Shown here piece by piece: positions 1 to 13,655 of a DNA stretch of 64,000 nt. Below the pieces are notes generated by a model that had not been told where the DNA came from, ran no database searches, and saw only the letters and a program-made list of their open reading frames with translations. The stretch covers positions 200,262,001 to 200,326,000 of the forward strand of contig NC_086100.1 in the NCBI RefSeq assembly GCF_963921235.1, written 5' to 3'. The position numbers and the translations under genes were made by a program. Origin of the DNA: Mobula hypostoma. Lineage: Eukaryota. Each line of letters opens with the position of its first letter. Within the stretch, counting starts at the first letter, position 1.

Positions 1-3000
1 CAAATTGGAGTCTAGAGGATGGACCAAATCAAAGTCTAAATCTTCATCCGTATCCTCAGACGATGGCCGTGGGGTTCTATGAATAGTCTTTGTGCTCTTG
101 GGACGAGGCTCCATACGTCTACCTTTAGGAGCCTTTCCCTTGGATGGGACCTGGCGACTGACTCCCTTCAGCTTGGCTGCTCGGGCTCCAGAATTCTTGG
201 GCACTTGCTTGGTGAGCTTCCTGGCTTGCTCCTGAACTAGAGATTCTTTCTTTCCAGTTCCAGTGCACCTCTGACGAGACAGTGTTGAGACTCACATGGT
301 CCTGTTGACGGGAGCCAGCTTGTCTGCCCTTGGAGGCAGGACTAGGTGTCCCGAAGGCTTCAGATTACCTCGTGCAAAAGTCTGCCTCCTTGTTGGTCAC
401 TGTTCTTGGGAGAGTCTGGGGATCGGAACGCCAAACCAAAAACATTCCTTTTTGCCAAGACTTGACCATGCGATGATTCTCCCTTCCTCCCAGTTCACAG
501 AGGAGTTATGCTTGGTCAGCCAAGTGTGCCTGAGAACCAGGAGTATGTGAGTTACTCTATTGGGAGTATTCTATAGGCCCCCTGGTAGCAGCAGAGATAC
601 CGAGGAGCAGATTGGGAGGCAGATTTTGGAAAGGTGCAAAAATAACGAGGTTGTTATCATGGGTGACTTTAACCTCCCTAATATTGATTGGCACCTGATT
701 AGTTCCAATGGTTTAGATGGGGCAGAGTTTGTTAAGTGTGTCCAGGATGGATTCCTGTCACAGGCCGACTAGGGGGGATGCCATACTAGATCTAGTACAA
801 GGTAATGAACCAGGTCAGGTCACAGATCTCTCAGTGGGTGAGCATCTGGGGGACAGTGACCACTGCTCCCTGGCCTTTAGCATTAACATGGAAAAGGATA
901 GAATCAGAGAGGACAGGAAAATTTTTAATTGGGGAAGGGGAAATTATGAGACTATAAGGCTAGAACTTGCCGGTGTGAATTGGGATAATGTTTTTGCAGG
1001 GAAATGTACTATGGACATGTGGTCGATGTTTAGAGATCTCTTGCAGGATGTTAGGGATAAATTTGTCCCGGTGAGGAAGATAAAGAATAGTAGGGTGAAG
1101 GAACCATGGGTGATAAGTGAGGTGGAAAATCTAGACAGGTGGAAGAAGGCAGCATACATGAGGTTTAGGAAGCAAGGATCAGATGGGTCTATTGAGGAAT
1201 ATAGGGAAGCAAGAAAGGAGCTTAAGAAGGGGCTGAGAAGAGCAAGAAGGGGGCATGAGAAGGCCTTGGCGAGTAGGGTAAAGGAAAACCCCAAGGCATT
1301 CTTCAATTATGTGAAGAACAAAAGGCTGACAGGAGTGAAGGTAGGACCGATTAGAGATGAGGGTTGGAAGATGTGCCTGGAGGCTGTGGAAGTGAGCGAG
1401 GTCCTCAATGAATACTTCTCTTCGGTATTCACCAATGAGAGGGAACTTGATGTTGGTGAGGACAATATTAGTGAGGTTGATGTTCTGGAGCATGTTGATA
1501 TTAAGGGAGAGAAGGTGTTGGAGTTGTTAAAATACATTAGGACGGATAAGTCCCCGGGGCCTGATGGAATATTCCCTAGGCTGCTCCACGAGGCGAGGGA
1601 AGAGATTGCTGAGCCTCTGGCTAGGATCTTTATGTCCTCGTTGTCCATGGGATTGGTACCGGAGGATTGGAGGGAGGCGAATGTTGTCCCCTTGTTCAAA
1701 AAAGGTAGTAGGGATAGTCAGGTAATGATAGACCAGTGAGCCTTACGTCTGTGGTGGGAAAGCTGTTGGAAAATATTCTTAGAGATAGGATCTATGGACA
1801 TTTAGAGAAACATGGTCTGATCAGGGACAGTCAGCATGGCTTTGTGAAGGGCAGATCATGTCTAACAAGCCTGAAAGACTTCTTTGAGGAGGTGACCAGG
1901 CATATAGATGAGTATAGTGCAGTGGATGTGATCTTTATGGATTTTAGTAAGGCATTTGACAAGGTTCCACACGGTAGGCTTATTCAGAAAGTCAGAAGGC
2001 ATGGGATGCAGGGAAATTTGGCCAGGTAGATTCCGAACTGGGTTGCCTGCAGAAGGCAGAGGGTCGTGATGGAGGGAGTACATTCAGATTGGATGATCGT
2101 AACTAGTGGTGTCCCACAAGGATCTGTTCTGGGACCTCTACTTTTCCTGATCTTTATTAATGACCTGTATGTGGGGGTAGAAGGGTGGATTGACAAGTTT
2201 GCAGATGACACAAGGGTTGGTGGTGTTGTAGATAGTGTAGAGGATTGTCAAAGATTGCAGAGAGACATTGATGGGATGCAGAAGTGGGCTGAGAAGTGGC
2301 AGATGGAGTTCAACCCGAAGAAGTGTGAGGTAGTCACTTTGGAAGGACAAACTCCAAGGCAGAGTACAAAGTAAGTGGCAGGATACTTGGTAGTGTGGAG
2401 GAGCAGAGGGATCTGGCGGTACATGTCCCTGAAGGTTGCCTCACAGCTGGATAGGGTAGTTAAGAAAGCTTATGGGATGTTAGCTTTCATAAGTCGAGGG
2501 ATAAGAGTCACAATGTAATGATGCAGCTCTATAAAACTCTGGTTAGGCCACACTTGGAGTACTGTGTCCAGTTCTGGTTGCCTCACTATAAGAAGGATGT
2601 GGAAGCATTGGAAAGGGTACAGAGGAGATTTACCAGGATGCTGCCTGGTTTAGAGAGTATGCATTATGATCAGAGATTAAGGGAGCTAGGGCTTTACTCT
2701 TTGAAGAGGAGGAGGATGAGAGGAGACATGATAGAGGTGTACAAGATAATAAGAGGAATAGATAGAGTGGATAGCCAGCGCCTCTTCCCCAGGGCACCAC
2801 TGCTCAATACAAGAGGACATGGCTTTAAGGTAAGGGGTGGGAAGTTCAAGAGGGATATTAGAGGAAGGTTTTTTACTCAGAGAGTGGTTGGTGCGTGGAA
2901 TGCACTGCCTGAGTCAGTGGTGGAGGCAGATACACCAGTGAAGTTAAGAGACTACTAGACAGGTATATGGAGTAATTTAAGGTGAGGGCTTATATGGGAG

Positions 3001-4600
3001 GCAGTGTTTGAGGGTCAGCACAACATCGTGGGCCGAAGGGCCTGTACTGTGCTGTACTATTCTATGTTCTATGTTCTGTGTGAGGAAAATTGATAATGCA
3101 GAAACAAATGTCCTCTACATGTTTCTCTGTCCTCATTTGCAAAACCAGGGTCTGCTGCAGTATCCCTAGAGGACGACCATCAGGGCAGTTGTGGTCCTGT
3201 GCTGGCTCAGTTCCTACAGAGGTAGGTTGGGTTGATGGGCTGTCCCATATTCAAGGAAATTAACAGCTGCCCCAGAATCCAAAAGATGTTCACCTCTTGC
3301 CGGTTATTTCCCCACCTTCAGCATGACACCAGAATCTGTAGGTGTGGGAGTGATGGCTGCTACTGTCATAGTCCTCCGAACATCGGACGGTCTTAGCAGT
3401 TGTCCTGACAGCTATAGATTTGGACATTCGGCCCGCAGGAGACCTGCATTCCCGCAGTAGTAGCAGCAACCTCGACTCCTACGCTGGGACGTCACATCAG
3501 TGGAGAGTCTTGTGCAGCTGATTTGCCTTGGCTCGACACAATCCCGTGCAGGAGACAGGCTGGTCAGTGTCCACTGTCGCGAAGTGAACTGTGATGAGAT
3601 GAGGCCGGGCTTGGGCAGGCCACTTTGACCTCTTGAGATAGCCCCTCCCTCGCTCCACCAGACGATTATCGAGGCAGGTAGCCTGGTCGATCAGAGCCTC
3701 CAAGTCCTCTATCAGCTCTCCCAAGACAAAGGCCATCAATTAATTCTCCTCAGAGTCCGTGGCAGAGTGAGGGGCCAAGGCCTCCCTGTTCCAGCCAGGC
3801 TCCTCAACCAAAGTCCGAGATTTAGTCGTGTAGATATCTGATGACAGATGAGCTTGTCACACCTTCATCAGATGGCCCGAGGCTCTGTTAGCTCCAGCAG
3901 GATGATGGAGCACCCTCTTCATGCTTCCAAATCAGAGCAAATCTCCAGCCTCCACTCCCAATGTATGGTGGCCCAGGCCAGGGCTCTTCTGGTAAGCAGA
4001 AAGATTACGAAGGCCACCATTCTGTGCTCTGTAGGGAACTGGGATGGCTGGAGTTCGAACATCAATGAACGCTGAGTGAGGAAGTCACAGCAAGAATCCA
4101 GATCACCACCAAATCTCTCCGGGGCCAGAAGATGGACTGACTCCTCAGTGTGACCAACAGACTCACCCGAGCAACTCTGCTTCCTGCATAGCGACATGGA
4201 GGTCATGTATCTCCAGGCTGTGTCTTGAAATTATCTTCCTGTGGCTGGCCACAGCTTACAAGATGCTCTGATAGCCCACCAGGTCCATGTGAGGCTCAAT
4301 TGTACTGTGATGAGAGACTTGGGCGAGGATGGTAGAGCCCAAATGCTGGAGTATCCGAGACTAGAATTGAGACATGATATGAGACTGAGATGAGAACAGA
4401 GTTCTAAACAGCTCGCTAGATGAGAACCCAAAGTAGATTAGATAATTGAACACCAAACCTCAGTTCAGGTGCTCTTTAAGTATTAAAATCCTGGCTGAAA
4501 ACATGGGTCAATGAGCAGATGGGCCTGAGTTTTTAAAGGGGCTGTGCCAACTGTCCATATTCCGGAGAGTCAGAGCATCTAAACCCCAGAAGCTGGTGTG
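1..4600 (-). mobile_element. Degenerate Ty3/Gypsy LTR retrotransposon (gag, zinc knuckle, protease), interrupted by a CR1 at 552-3078
   Basis: Minus strand shows a gag-like PERFGGDLDSCCDFLTQ..FELQPSQFPTE..VAFVI.LL...ALAWAT (3919-4206), LEALIDQATCLDNRL (3497-3739), knuckle CYYCGNAGLLRAECP (~3422-3470), protease LLDSGA (~3270) and LVL.HTWLTKHN..VNWEEG (~480-540). A candidate LTR end TCACA at 4306 precedes ATG GAC at 4288. The outer LTR boundary is approximate. Confidence 0.8.
552..3078 (+). mobile_element. CR1 LINE, 5'-truncated, frameshifted ORF2 (endonuclease end + RT)
   Basis: Motifs GVFYRPP, MGDFN, SDH, QHGF, DFSKAFDKV, GVPQGSVLGP, FADD and RPHLEYC across ORFs 560-2958; (TTCTATG)n 3' tail; flanking TGTGAG at 546-551 and 3079-3084. 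Confidence 0.95.
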
Positions 4601-4789
4601 CTCGGGTGTGTATCTGAATTAAGAAATCCCATTTAACGAATTCTGCCCCATCTGAACCTCTTACATGAAGAAGCTCCAATTTGTATTTGGGAACTTGAAT
4701 TTCCCCATGAAAACGGCCCGATTGCTTTTACATCATTCCCAGTGATGTGTTGCAGGAATCAGTGCTGGCCTGTTGTTCTTTTTCACTTA

Positions 4790-5372
4790 AATTAATGATT
4801 TAGAGGAAAATGCGGTAAGCTGAATCAGCAAATTTGCAGATGACACCAAGATCAGGCTGTAGTTCACAATGAGGGAAGCTATCAAAGCTCAGAGGATGAT
4901 CTGGTTCAGCTGGAAAATGGGCTAAACATATGAAAAAATGGTGAATGGGATTTAATGCATACAATTGTAAGATGTTGAACTTTGGGAGGACAAACAGTGG
5001 TAGGACTGACACAGTGAATGGTAGGGATCTGGGGTTTGTGATAGAACAGAGGAACGTAGGAATAGAGATTTATTATTCCCTGAAAGTGGCATCACAGGTA
5101 GATAGGGTGGTAAAGAGAGTTTTTGGTTCATTGGCCTCATAAATGAGTATGTTGAGTATACGTTTGGATGATATGTTTGAAGTTCTGTAAGACGAAGGTG
5201 TGGGCTAATATGGAGTACTGTTGCATTTCCGGTCACTTACCTACAGGAAAGATATCAACAAGCTTGAAAGAGTACAGAAAAAATCCACAGAATGTTGCCA
5301 GGACCTGAGGATCCAAGTTATGGGAAAAGGTTGAATAGTTTAGAATTGTATTCCTGGATTGTATGAGAATGA
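4790..5372 (+). mobile_element. Old degenerate CR1 RT fragment
   Basis: KFADDTK-like codons at ~4830; LKVASQVDRVVK in ORF 4945-5142. Confidence 0.8.
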
Positions 5373-5377
5373 GCAGA

Positions 5378-7454
5378 GATAGAACATAGTGACATAAAAA
5401 CCTACAGCACAAAACAGGCCCTTCAGCCCACAATGCTGTGCCAAACATGTCCTTACATTAGAAATTACCTAGGGTTACCCATAGCCCTCTATTTTTCTAA
5501 ACTCCATGTAGCCATCCAGGAGTCTCTTAAAGACCCTATCGTTTCCCCCTCCACCACTGTCGCCAGCAGCCCATTCCACACACTCATCACTCTCTGCATA
5601 AAATACTTACCCCTGACATCTCCTCTGTACCTACTTCCAAGCACCTTAAAACTATGCCCTCTCGTGTTCAGCATTTCAGCCCTAGGGGAAAAGTCTGTGA
5701 CTATCCACACAATCAATGCCTCTCATCATCTTATACACCTCTATCAGGTCACCTCTCATCCTCCATTGCTCCAAGGAAAAAAGGCCGAGTTCACTCAACC
5801 TATTCTCATAAGGCATGCTCCCCATTCCAGGCAACATCCTTGTAAATCTCCTCTGCACCCTTTCTATGGTTTCCACATCCTTCCTGTAGTGAGGTGACCA
5901 GAACTGAGCACAGTACTCCAAGTGGGGTCTGACCAGAGTCCTATATAGCTGTAACATTACCTCTCGGATCTTGAACTCAATGCCACGATTGATGAAGGCA
6001 TTTGTATGCCTTCTTATCCATGCAGTCAAACTGCGTAGCTACTTTGAGTGTCCTATGGACTCGGACCCCAAGATCCCTCTGATCCTTCACATTGCCAAGA
6101 GTCTTAATATTAATACTATATTCTGCCATCATACTTGACCTACCAAAATGAACCACCTCACACTTATCTTTGTTGAACTCAATCTGCCACTTCTCAGCCC
6201 AGATTTTGCATCCTATCGATGTCCCGCTGTAATATCTGACAGCCCTCCACACTATCCACAACACCTCCAACCTTTGTGTCATCAGCAAATTTACTGACCC
6301 ATCCCTCCACTTCCTCATCCAGGTCATTGGTAAAAATCAGGAAGGGTAGGAGTCCCAGAACAGAACTGACATAAGACTCACTGGTCTATAATTTCGTGGG
6401 CTATCTCTATTCCTTTTATTGAATAAGGGAACAACATCTGCAACCTTCCAATCCTCTGGAACTTCTCCTGTCCCAATTGATGATGCAAAGATCATTGCAA
6501 GAGGCTTAGCAATCTTCTCCCTCACTTCCCATAGCAGCCTGGGATATATCTCGGTGACTTATCCAACTAGATGCTTTCCAAAAGCCCCAGCACATCCTCT
6601 TTCTTAATGTCTATATGCTCAAGATTTTCAGTCCACTCTAAGTCATCCCTACAATCGCCAATGTCCTTTACCGTAGTAAATACTGAAGTAAAGTATTCAT
6701 TAAATACCTCTGCTATCTCCTCCAGTTCCATACACACTTCTCCACTGTCACACTTGATTGGTCCCATCTCTGATGTCTTATCCCCTTGCTCTTCACATAC
6801 TTGTAGAATGCCTTGGGGTTTCCCTTAATCCTGCTCACCAAGGCCTTCTCATGGCCCCTTCTGGCTCTCCTAATTTCATTCTTAAGCTCCTTCCTGCAAG
6901 CCTTAATTTTTTCTAGATTTCTGTCATCACCTAGTTTTTTGAACCTTTCATAAGCTTTTTTTTCTTCTTGATTAGATTTTCAACAGCCTTTGTACACCAT
7001 GGTTCCTGTACCCTCCCATCCTTTCCCTGTTTCATTGGAACATACCTATTCAGAACACCACGCAAATATTCCCTGAGCATTTGCCAAATTTCTGCCGTAC
7101 ATTTCCCTCAGAACATCTGTTCCCAATTTATACTTCCAAGTTCCTGCCTGATATCTTCATGTTTCCCCTTACTTCAATTAACACTTTCCTAACTTGTCTG
7201 TTCCTATCCCTCTCCAATGCTATGGTAAAGGAGATAGAATTGTGATCACCATCTCCAAAATGCTCTCCCACTGAGAGACCTGACACCTGACCAGGTTCAT
7301 TTCCCAATACCAAATCAAGTACAGCCTCTCCTCTTGTAGGCTTATCTACATGTTATGTCAGGAAACCCTCCTGAACACACCTAACAAACTCCACCCCACC
7401 TAAACTCTAGGGAGATACCGATCAATATTTGGGAAATTAAAATCTCCCACCACG
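5378..7454 (-). mobile_element. CR1 LINE fragment with internal deletion (~6360)
   Basis: Minus-strand ORFs with VVGDFNFPNID, NEPGQVS, PEDWKVADVVPLF, RPHLEYCAQFWSP and TRGHSFKV; 3' tail near 5378. Confidence 0.9.
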
Positions 7455-8722
7455 AATTTTTTGAGGATGTAACTAGTAGAGTGGATAGGGGAGAACCAGT
7501 GGATGTGGTATATTTGGATTTTCAAAAGGCTTTTGACAACGTCCCACACAGGAGATTGGTGTGCAAACTTAAAGCACATGGTATTGGGAGTAAGGTATTG
7601 ATGTGGATAGAGACATTGGTTGGCAGACAGGAAGCAAAGAGTGGGATTAAACGGGACCTTTTCAGAATGGCAGGCAGTGACTAGTGGGGTACCGCAAGGC
7701 TCAGTGCTGGGACCCCAGTTGTTTACAATATTTCTTAATGACTTAGATGAGGGAATTAAATGCAGCATCTCCAAGTTTGCGGATGACACAAAGCTGGGCG
7801 GCAGTGTTAGCTGTGAGAAGGATGCTAAGAGGATGCAGGGTGACTTGGATAGGTTAGGTGAGTGGGCAAATTCATGGCAGATGCAATTTAATGTGGATGA
7901 ATGTGAGGTTATCCACTTTGGTGGCAAAAACAGGAAAACAGATTATTATCTGAATGGTGGCCGATTAGGAAAAGAGGAGGTGCAACGAGACCTGGGTGTC
8001 ATTATACACCAGTCATTGAAAGTGGGCATGCAGGTACAGCAGGCGGTGAAAAAGGCGAATGGTATGCTGGCATTTATAGCAAGAGGATTCGAGCACAGGA
8101 GCAGGGAGGTACTACTGCAGTTGTACAAGGCCTTGGTGAGACCACACCTGGAGTATTGCGTGCAGTTTTGGTCCTCTAATCTGAGGAAAGACATTCTTGC
8201 CATAGAGGGAGTACAAAGACGGTTCACCAGATCGATTCCTGGGATGGCAGGACTTTCATATGATGAAAGACTGGATGAACTAGGCTTATACTAGTTGGAA
8301 TTTAGAAGATTGAGGGGGGATCGTATTGAAACGTATAAAATCCTAAAGGGATTGGACAGGCTAGATGCAGGAAGATTGTTCCCGATGTTGGGGAAGTCCA
8401 GAATGAGGGGTCACAGTTTGAGGATAAAGGGGAAGCCTTTTAGGACCGAGATTAGGAAAAACTTCTTCACACAGAGAGTGGTGAATCTGTGGAATTCCCT
8501 GCCACAGGAAACAGTTGAGGCCAGTTCATTGGCTATATTTAAGAGGGAGTTAGATATGGCCCTTGTGGCTAGGGGTATCAGAGGGTATGGAGGGAAGGCA
8601 GGTACAGGGTTCAGAGTTGGATGATCAGCCATGATCATACTGAACGGTGGTGCAGGCTCGAAGGGCTGAATGGCCTACTCCTGCACCTATTTTCTATGTT
8701 TCTATGTTTCTATGTTTCTATG
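7455..8722 (+). mobile_element. CR1 LINE 3' half (same subfamily as 14584-17036)
   Basis: YLDFQKAFD, GVPQGSVLGP, FADD and RPHLEYC; (TTTCTATG)n tail at 8691-8722. Confidence 0.95.
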
Positions 8723-8739
8723 AACCAGCCAAAACAAAT

Positions 8740-9098
8740 CAAAAACTCCTAAATACTGCTCCTTCCTACTTACAGTTCATACCCCATCCATTATTTATTT
8801 ATATACACACATTCTTTCTCTCTCTCTCCTTTTTCTCCCTCTGTCCCTCTGACTATGCCCCTTGCCCATCCTCTGGGTCTTTCCCCCCTCCCCCTTTCCC
8901 TTCTCCCTGGGTCTCCTGTCCCATGATCCTCTCATATCCCTTTTTGGATCACCTTCTTCCCCTCCCACTTTCAGATCTCTTACTATCTCTTCCTTCAGTT
9001 AGTCTTGACAAAGGGTCTTGGCCTGATACGTCGACTGTACCTCCTCCTAGAGATGCTGCCTGGCCTGATGCGTTCACCAGCAAGTTTGATGTGTGTTA
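8740..9098 (+). mobile_element. Penelope-like element terminal fragment with decayed hammerhead motif (9001-9036)
   Basis: Pyrimidine-rich tract followed by AGTC-TTGACAA-AGG..CCT-GATACGTC-GACT and GATGCTGCCTGGCCTG, shared with other copies in the window. Confidence 0.7.
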
Positions 9099-9639
9099 CC
9101 TCATATTTATCCTGTTTAAACTGCATCTGCCATTTCTCAGTCCATATCTGCAACTGATCTATATTATGCTGTATTCTTTGTTAATTGTCTACACTATCCA
9201 CAACTCCACCAATCTCGGAATCATCCACAAATTTTCTAACCCACTAATCTACATTTTCACTCAGGTCATTCATTTATGTACATTATAAAGTGCTGAGGTC
9301 CCAGCACAGATCCCGATGGATCTCCACTAATTACAGACCTCCAGCTCAAATAAGGCCCTTCAATATATTTAATGGGAATCTGGGGAAACGTCTCCACTCA
9401 GAGGTCAGTGCGAGTGTGGACGGAGTTGCCAGTGAAATGGAAGTTGCAGGTTCAATTGTAACATTGAAGAGAATTTTGTAGCAGTACATGGAATGTGGGG
9501 CTATGAAGGGCTATGTTTCAGTGTGGGTAGATGGAACTAGGCAGAAGGCCAGGACATCATGGATTAAATGGGCCAAAAGGCCTCTTTCTGAGCTGTAATG
9601 TTCTATGACTCTGTAACTCTATGACTGGCATCTCCTCAT

Positions 9640-12248
9640 GGCAGAAGGTTCAGATGGGGCAGAATTTATTAGATGTGTCTGGGAAGGATTGCTGACCCAA
9701 TACACAGACAGACCAACTAGAGGTGAGGCCACATACAAAATGATGGAGGAACTCAGCAGATCAGGCAACATCTATGGAAAGGAAAAATCAGGCAACGTTT
9801 TAGGCCAAGACTATTCATGAAACCTTTCATACTGGATCTAGTACTAGGGAATGAACCTGGTCAGTTGACCAATCTATTGGCGGGCAAGAGCTTTGGAGAC
9901 TCTAACCACAACTTCCTGACCTTTAGCACAGTCATGAACAAGGATAGGAGCCTGACCTTTAGCACTGTCATGAACCAGGATAGGAGCTGATGGTACAGGA
10001 GAGTATTTAAATTGGGGGGGGCTGCTTATGAGCGTACGAGGCAGATGGAACTTGGGTACATTAGTGGGAAGAGACGTTCTCGGGGAACTGTGCAATAGAA
10101 ATGTAGAGGCTGTTTAAGAAGCACTTGCACTGTGTCCCAGTGAGGCAGGGCAATGATGGCATGGTGAAAGAACCATGGTCGTGAAGAGATGTGGAACACT
10201 TGGTGAAGAGAATGAAGCTTTAGGAAGCAAAGATCAGACAGGGCAGACATAATGTAGACAGAAGGGATTAGTTTAGTTGGCCATTTGATGACTAATTGAG
10301 TTGGTTTGACACAACACTGTGGGCTGAATGGCCTGTTCCTGCGCTGTATTGTTCCATGTTCTATGTTCTAGGGCTCTTCACAATTATAAGGTAGTCAGGA
10401 GGATGCGTAGGAAGCTTTTATTACAGCTGAAAGGAGACTTGAGAAGGCCTTGGCGAGTAGGAGTAAGGCGTTCTAATGTACATGAGGAACAGGAGGATGA
10501 CGAGAGTGAGTGTCAGACCACTCAGGACACAGGGAATCATGTGCCTGGAGATGAAGGAGGCAGGGGTGGTCCTTAATCAATACTCTGCTTTCATTGATGG
10601 AATAAATATATTGGTGAAAGTGCAACGGTGAATGCATCTCTCTATCAGTAGGCTCATTCAGAAAGTCAGGGAACCTGGGATCGATAGACACTTGGCAACG
10701 TAGATTTGGAATTGGCTCACTCACGGAAGGCAGAGAGTGGTGGTAGATGAGAGTACTCTGCCTGGAGATTAATGATTAGAGCTGATCCAGGGGCATCTGT
10801 CTGGAGGTCGATTAGAGCTGATCCACAGGGATCTGTCTGGAGATCGATGATTAGAGCTGATCCACAGGGATCTGTCTGGAGATCAATGAATAGAGCTGAT
10901 CCGCAGGGATCTGCCTGAAGATTGATGATTAGAGCTGATCTGCAGGGATCTGCCTGAAGATCGATGATTAGAGCTGATCCGCAGGGATCTGCCTGAAGAT
11001 CGATGATTACAGCTGATCTACAGGGATCTGTCTGAAGATCGATGATTGAGCTGATCTACAGGGACCTGCCTGAAGATCGATGATTAGAGCTGATCTACAG
11101 GGATCTGCCTGAAGATCGATGATTAGAGCTGATCTACAGGGATCTGCCTGAAGATCGATGATTAGAGTTGATCCACAGGGATCTGTCTGGAGATCAATAA
11201 ATACAGCTGATCCACAGGGATCTGCCTGAAGATTAATGATTAGAGCTGATCCGCAGGGATCTGCCTGGAAATCGATGATTAGAGCTGATCCACAGGGATC
11301 TGCCTGAAGATCGATGATTAGAGCTGATCTGCAGGGATCTGCCTGAAGATCGATGATTAGAGCTGATCTGCAGGGATCTGCCTGAAGATCGATGATTACA
11401 GCTGATCTACAGGGATCTGCCTGAAGATCGATGATTGAGCTGATCTACAGGGATCTGCCTGAAGATCGATGATTACAGCTGATCTACAGGGATCTGCCTG
11501 AAGATCGATGATTAGAGCTGATCTGCAGGGAACTGTCTGAAGATCGATGATTACAGCTGATCTACAGGGATCTGCCTGAAGATCGATGATTAGAGCTGAT
11601 CCACAGGGATCTGTCTGGAGATCAATAAATAGAGCTGATCCACAGAGATCTGCCTGAAGATCGATGATTACAGCTGATCTACAGGGATCTGTCTGAAGAT
11701 CGATGATTAGAGCTGATCTACAGGGATCTGTCTGGAGATCAATAAATAGAGCTGATCCACAGGGATCTGTCTGGAGGTCGATGATTAGAGCTGATCCAGT
11801 GGTATTTGTCTGCAGATCAATGATCAGAGCTGATCCACGAGAAACTGTTCTGAGACCCCTGGACTTTGTGATTTTTATAAATGATTTGGATGTGAAAATG
11901 GAGGGGTGGGTTCATACATTTGCAGGTCACACAAAGGTCCGTGGATTTGGGGATAGGATAGAAGTTTGTTATTAGTTCATCGGGACAGTGACAGGACACT
12001 GAATGAGCAGGAAAGTGGCAGATGGAATTCACACCCAATAAGTGCAAAGTGACTCTCTTTGGAAGGTCAGATTTGAAGGCAGAATACGTGGCTATTGGCA
12101 GGTTTCTTATGCAGTGAGGAGGACCATGGGGATTTTGGGGTCCATGTCCACAGATCACTCCAAGGTGCTGTGCAGGCTGATAGGGTTTTTAAGAAGGGGT
12201 ATGGTGTATTGGGCTTCAGAAGTCTGGGGACTGAGTTCAAGAGCAGTG
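9640..12248 (+). mobile_element. Highly degenerate CR1 ORF2 with deletions, hosting a minisatellite and small insertions
   Basis: DGAEFIRCV..TRGEA, GNEPGQ, NWL...RQRVVV and FVIFINDLD remnants appear in the expected order. Confidence 0.75.
10758..11850 (+). repeat. 39-bp minisatellite, ~28 copies (consensus GATCGATGATTAGAGCTGATCTACAGGGATCTGCCTGAA)
   Basis: Direct tandem repeats visible in the sequence; copy number estimated from span/39. Confidence 0.95.
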
Positions 12249-12249
12249 A

Positions 12250-12995
12250 TAAATAAGAGAAAATCTGCAGACGCTGGAAATCCAAACAACACACACAAAA
12301 TGCTGGAGGAACTCAGCAGGCCAGGCAGCATCTACGGAAAAGAGCAGTCGACATTTCAGGCTGAGACCCTTCAGCAGGACTGGAGATAGAAGATGAGCGT
12401 TCAGAGTGAAAAGGTGTGGGGAGGGGAGGGAGAAACACAAGGTGAAAGGTGAAACTGGGAGTGGGGAAGGGGTGAAGTAAAGAGCTGGGAAGTTGATTGG
12501 TGAAAGAAATATAGGGCTGGAGAAAGGGGAATCTGATAGAAGAGGATAGAAGGCCATGGAAGAAAGAAATGGGGGAGGAGCACCAGAGGGAGGTGATGGG
12601 TGGGCAAGGTGACAAGGTGAGAGAGGGAGAGGGGATGGGGAATGTGAAGGGGGTTTGTATTACCGGAAGTTCGAGAAATCGATGTTCATGCCATCAGGTT
12701 GGAGGCTACCCAGACAGAATATAAGGTGTTGTTCCTCCAACCTGACATCACGACAGTGGAGGAGGCCATGGATAGGCATACCGGAATGGGAAGTGGAATG
12801 AAAATGGGTGGCCACTGGGAGATCCTGCCTTTTCTGGAGTATATGTGGTCTCCCAATCTAGATCAGGATTCATCGATATACAGGAGGCCACACCGGGTGA
12901 ACCGGACACATTAAATGATCCCAACAGACTCACAGGTGAAGTGTCACCTCACCTGGTAGGACTGTTTGGGTCCCTGAATGGCAGTGAGGGAAGGG
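12250..12995 (-). mobile_element. Penelope-like element 3' part (GIY-YIG C-terminus + terminal repeat with hammerhead motif 12346-12381)
   Basis: Reverse strand encodes RLEEQHLIFCLGSLQPDGMNIDFSNFR-like sequence, then a pyrimidine tract and AGTC-CTGCTGA-AGG..CCT-GAAATGTC-GACT. Confidence 0.85.
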
Positions 12996-13105
12996 GTTGT
13001 TGTTAAAAAAAAAACTATTTCTACTTATAACGATGCTTAGTGAGGCACAGTGAGATCTGTATTTACTGACAAGTACATTTATTGTTCAAACTAACAAGTA
13101 CATGA

Positions 13106-13655
13106 AGTCATAGTCATAGTCATAGTCATAGTCATAGTTTATTGATTCTGGGGGAAATTGGTTTTCGTTACAGTTGCATCATAAATAATAAATAGTAATA
13201 AAATCATAAATAGTTTAATAGTAATACGCAAATTATGCCAGGAAATAAGTCCAGGACCAGCCTATTGGCTCAGGGTGTCTGACCCTCCAAGGGAGGAGTT
13301 GTAAAGTTTGATGGCCACAGACAGGAATGACTTCCTATGACGCTCTGTGTTGCATCTCGGTGGAATGAGTCTCTGGCTGAATGTACTCCTGTGCCCACCC
13401 AGTATTATGTAGTGGATGGGAGACATTGACCAAAATGACATGCAACTTGGACAGCATCCTCTTTTCAGACACCACCGTCAGAGAGTCCAGTTCCATCCCC
13501 ACAACATCACTGGCCTTACGGATGAGTTTGTTGATTCTGTTGGTGTCTGCTACCCTCAGCCTGCTGCCCCAGCACACAACAGCAAACATGATAGCACTGG
13601 CCACCACAGACTCGTAGAACATCCTCAGCATCGTCCAGCAGATGTTAAAGGACCT
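13106..13655 (-). mobile_element. Rex1/Babar-like (L2-related) LINE 3' fragment with (ACTATG)n tail
   Basis: RSFNIC..MLRMFYESVVASAIMFAVVCWG...RINKLIRKAS...SHPLH is typical of the RT C-terminus of this group; (AGTCAT)5 at 13106-13135. Confidence 0.75.

Noticed and set aside
8647..9288. 213-aa hydrophobic ORF
   Set aside because: Chimeric read-through of a CR1 tail, a Penelope fragment and an antisense CR1.
10758..11850. Possible CRISPR array
   Set aside because: The units are contiguous with no unique spacers, they derive from CR1 sequence, and the context is eukaryotic with no cas genes.
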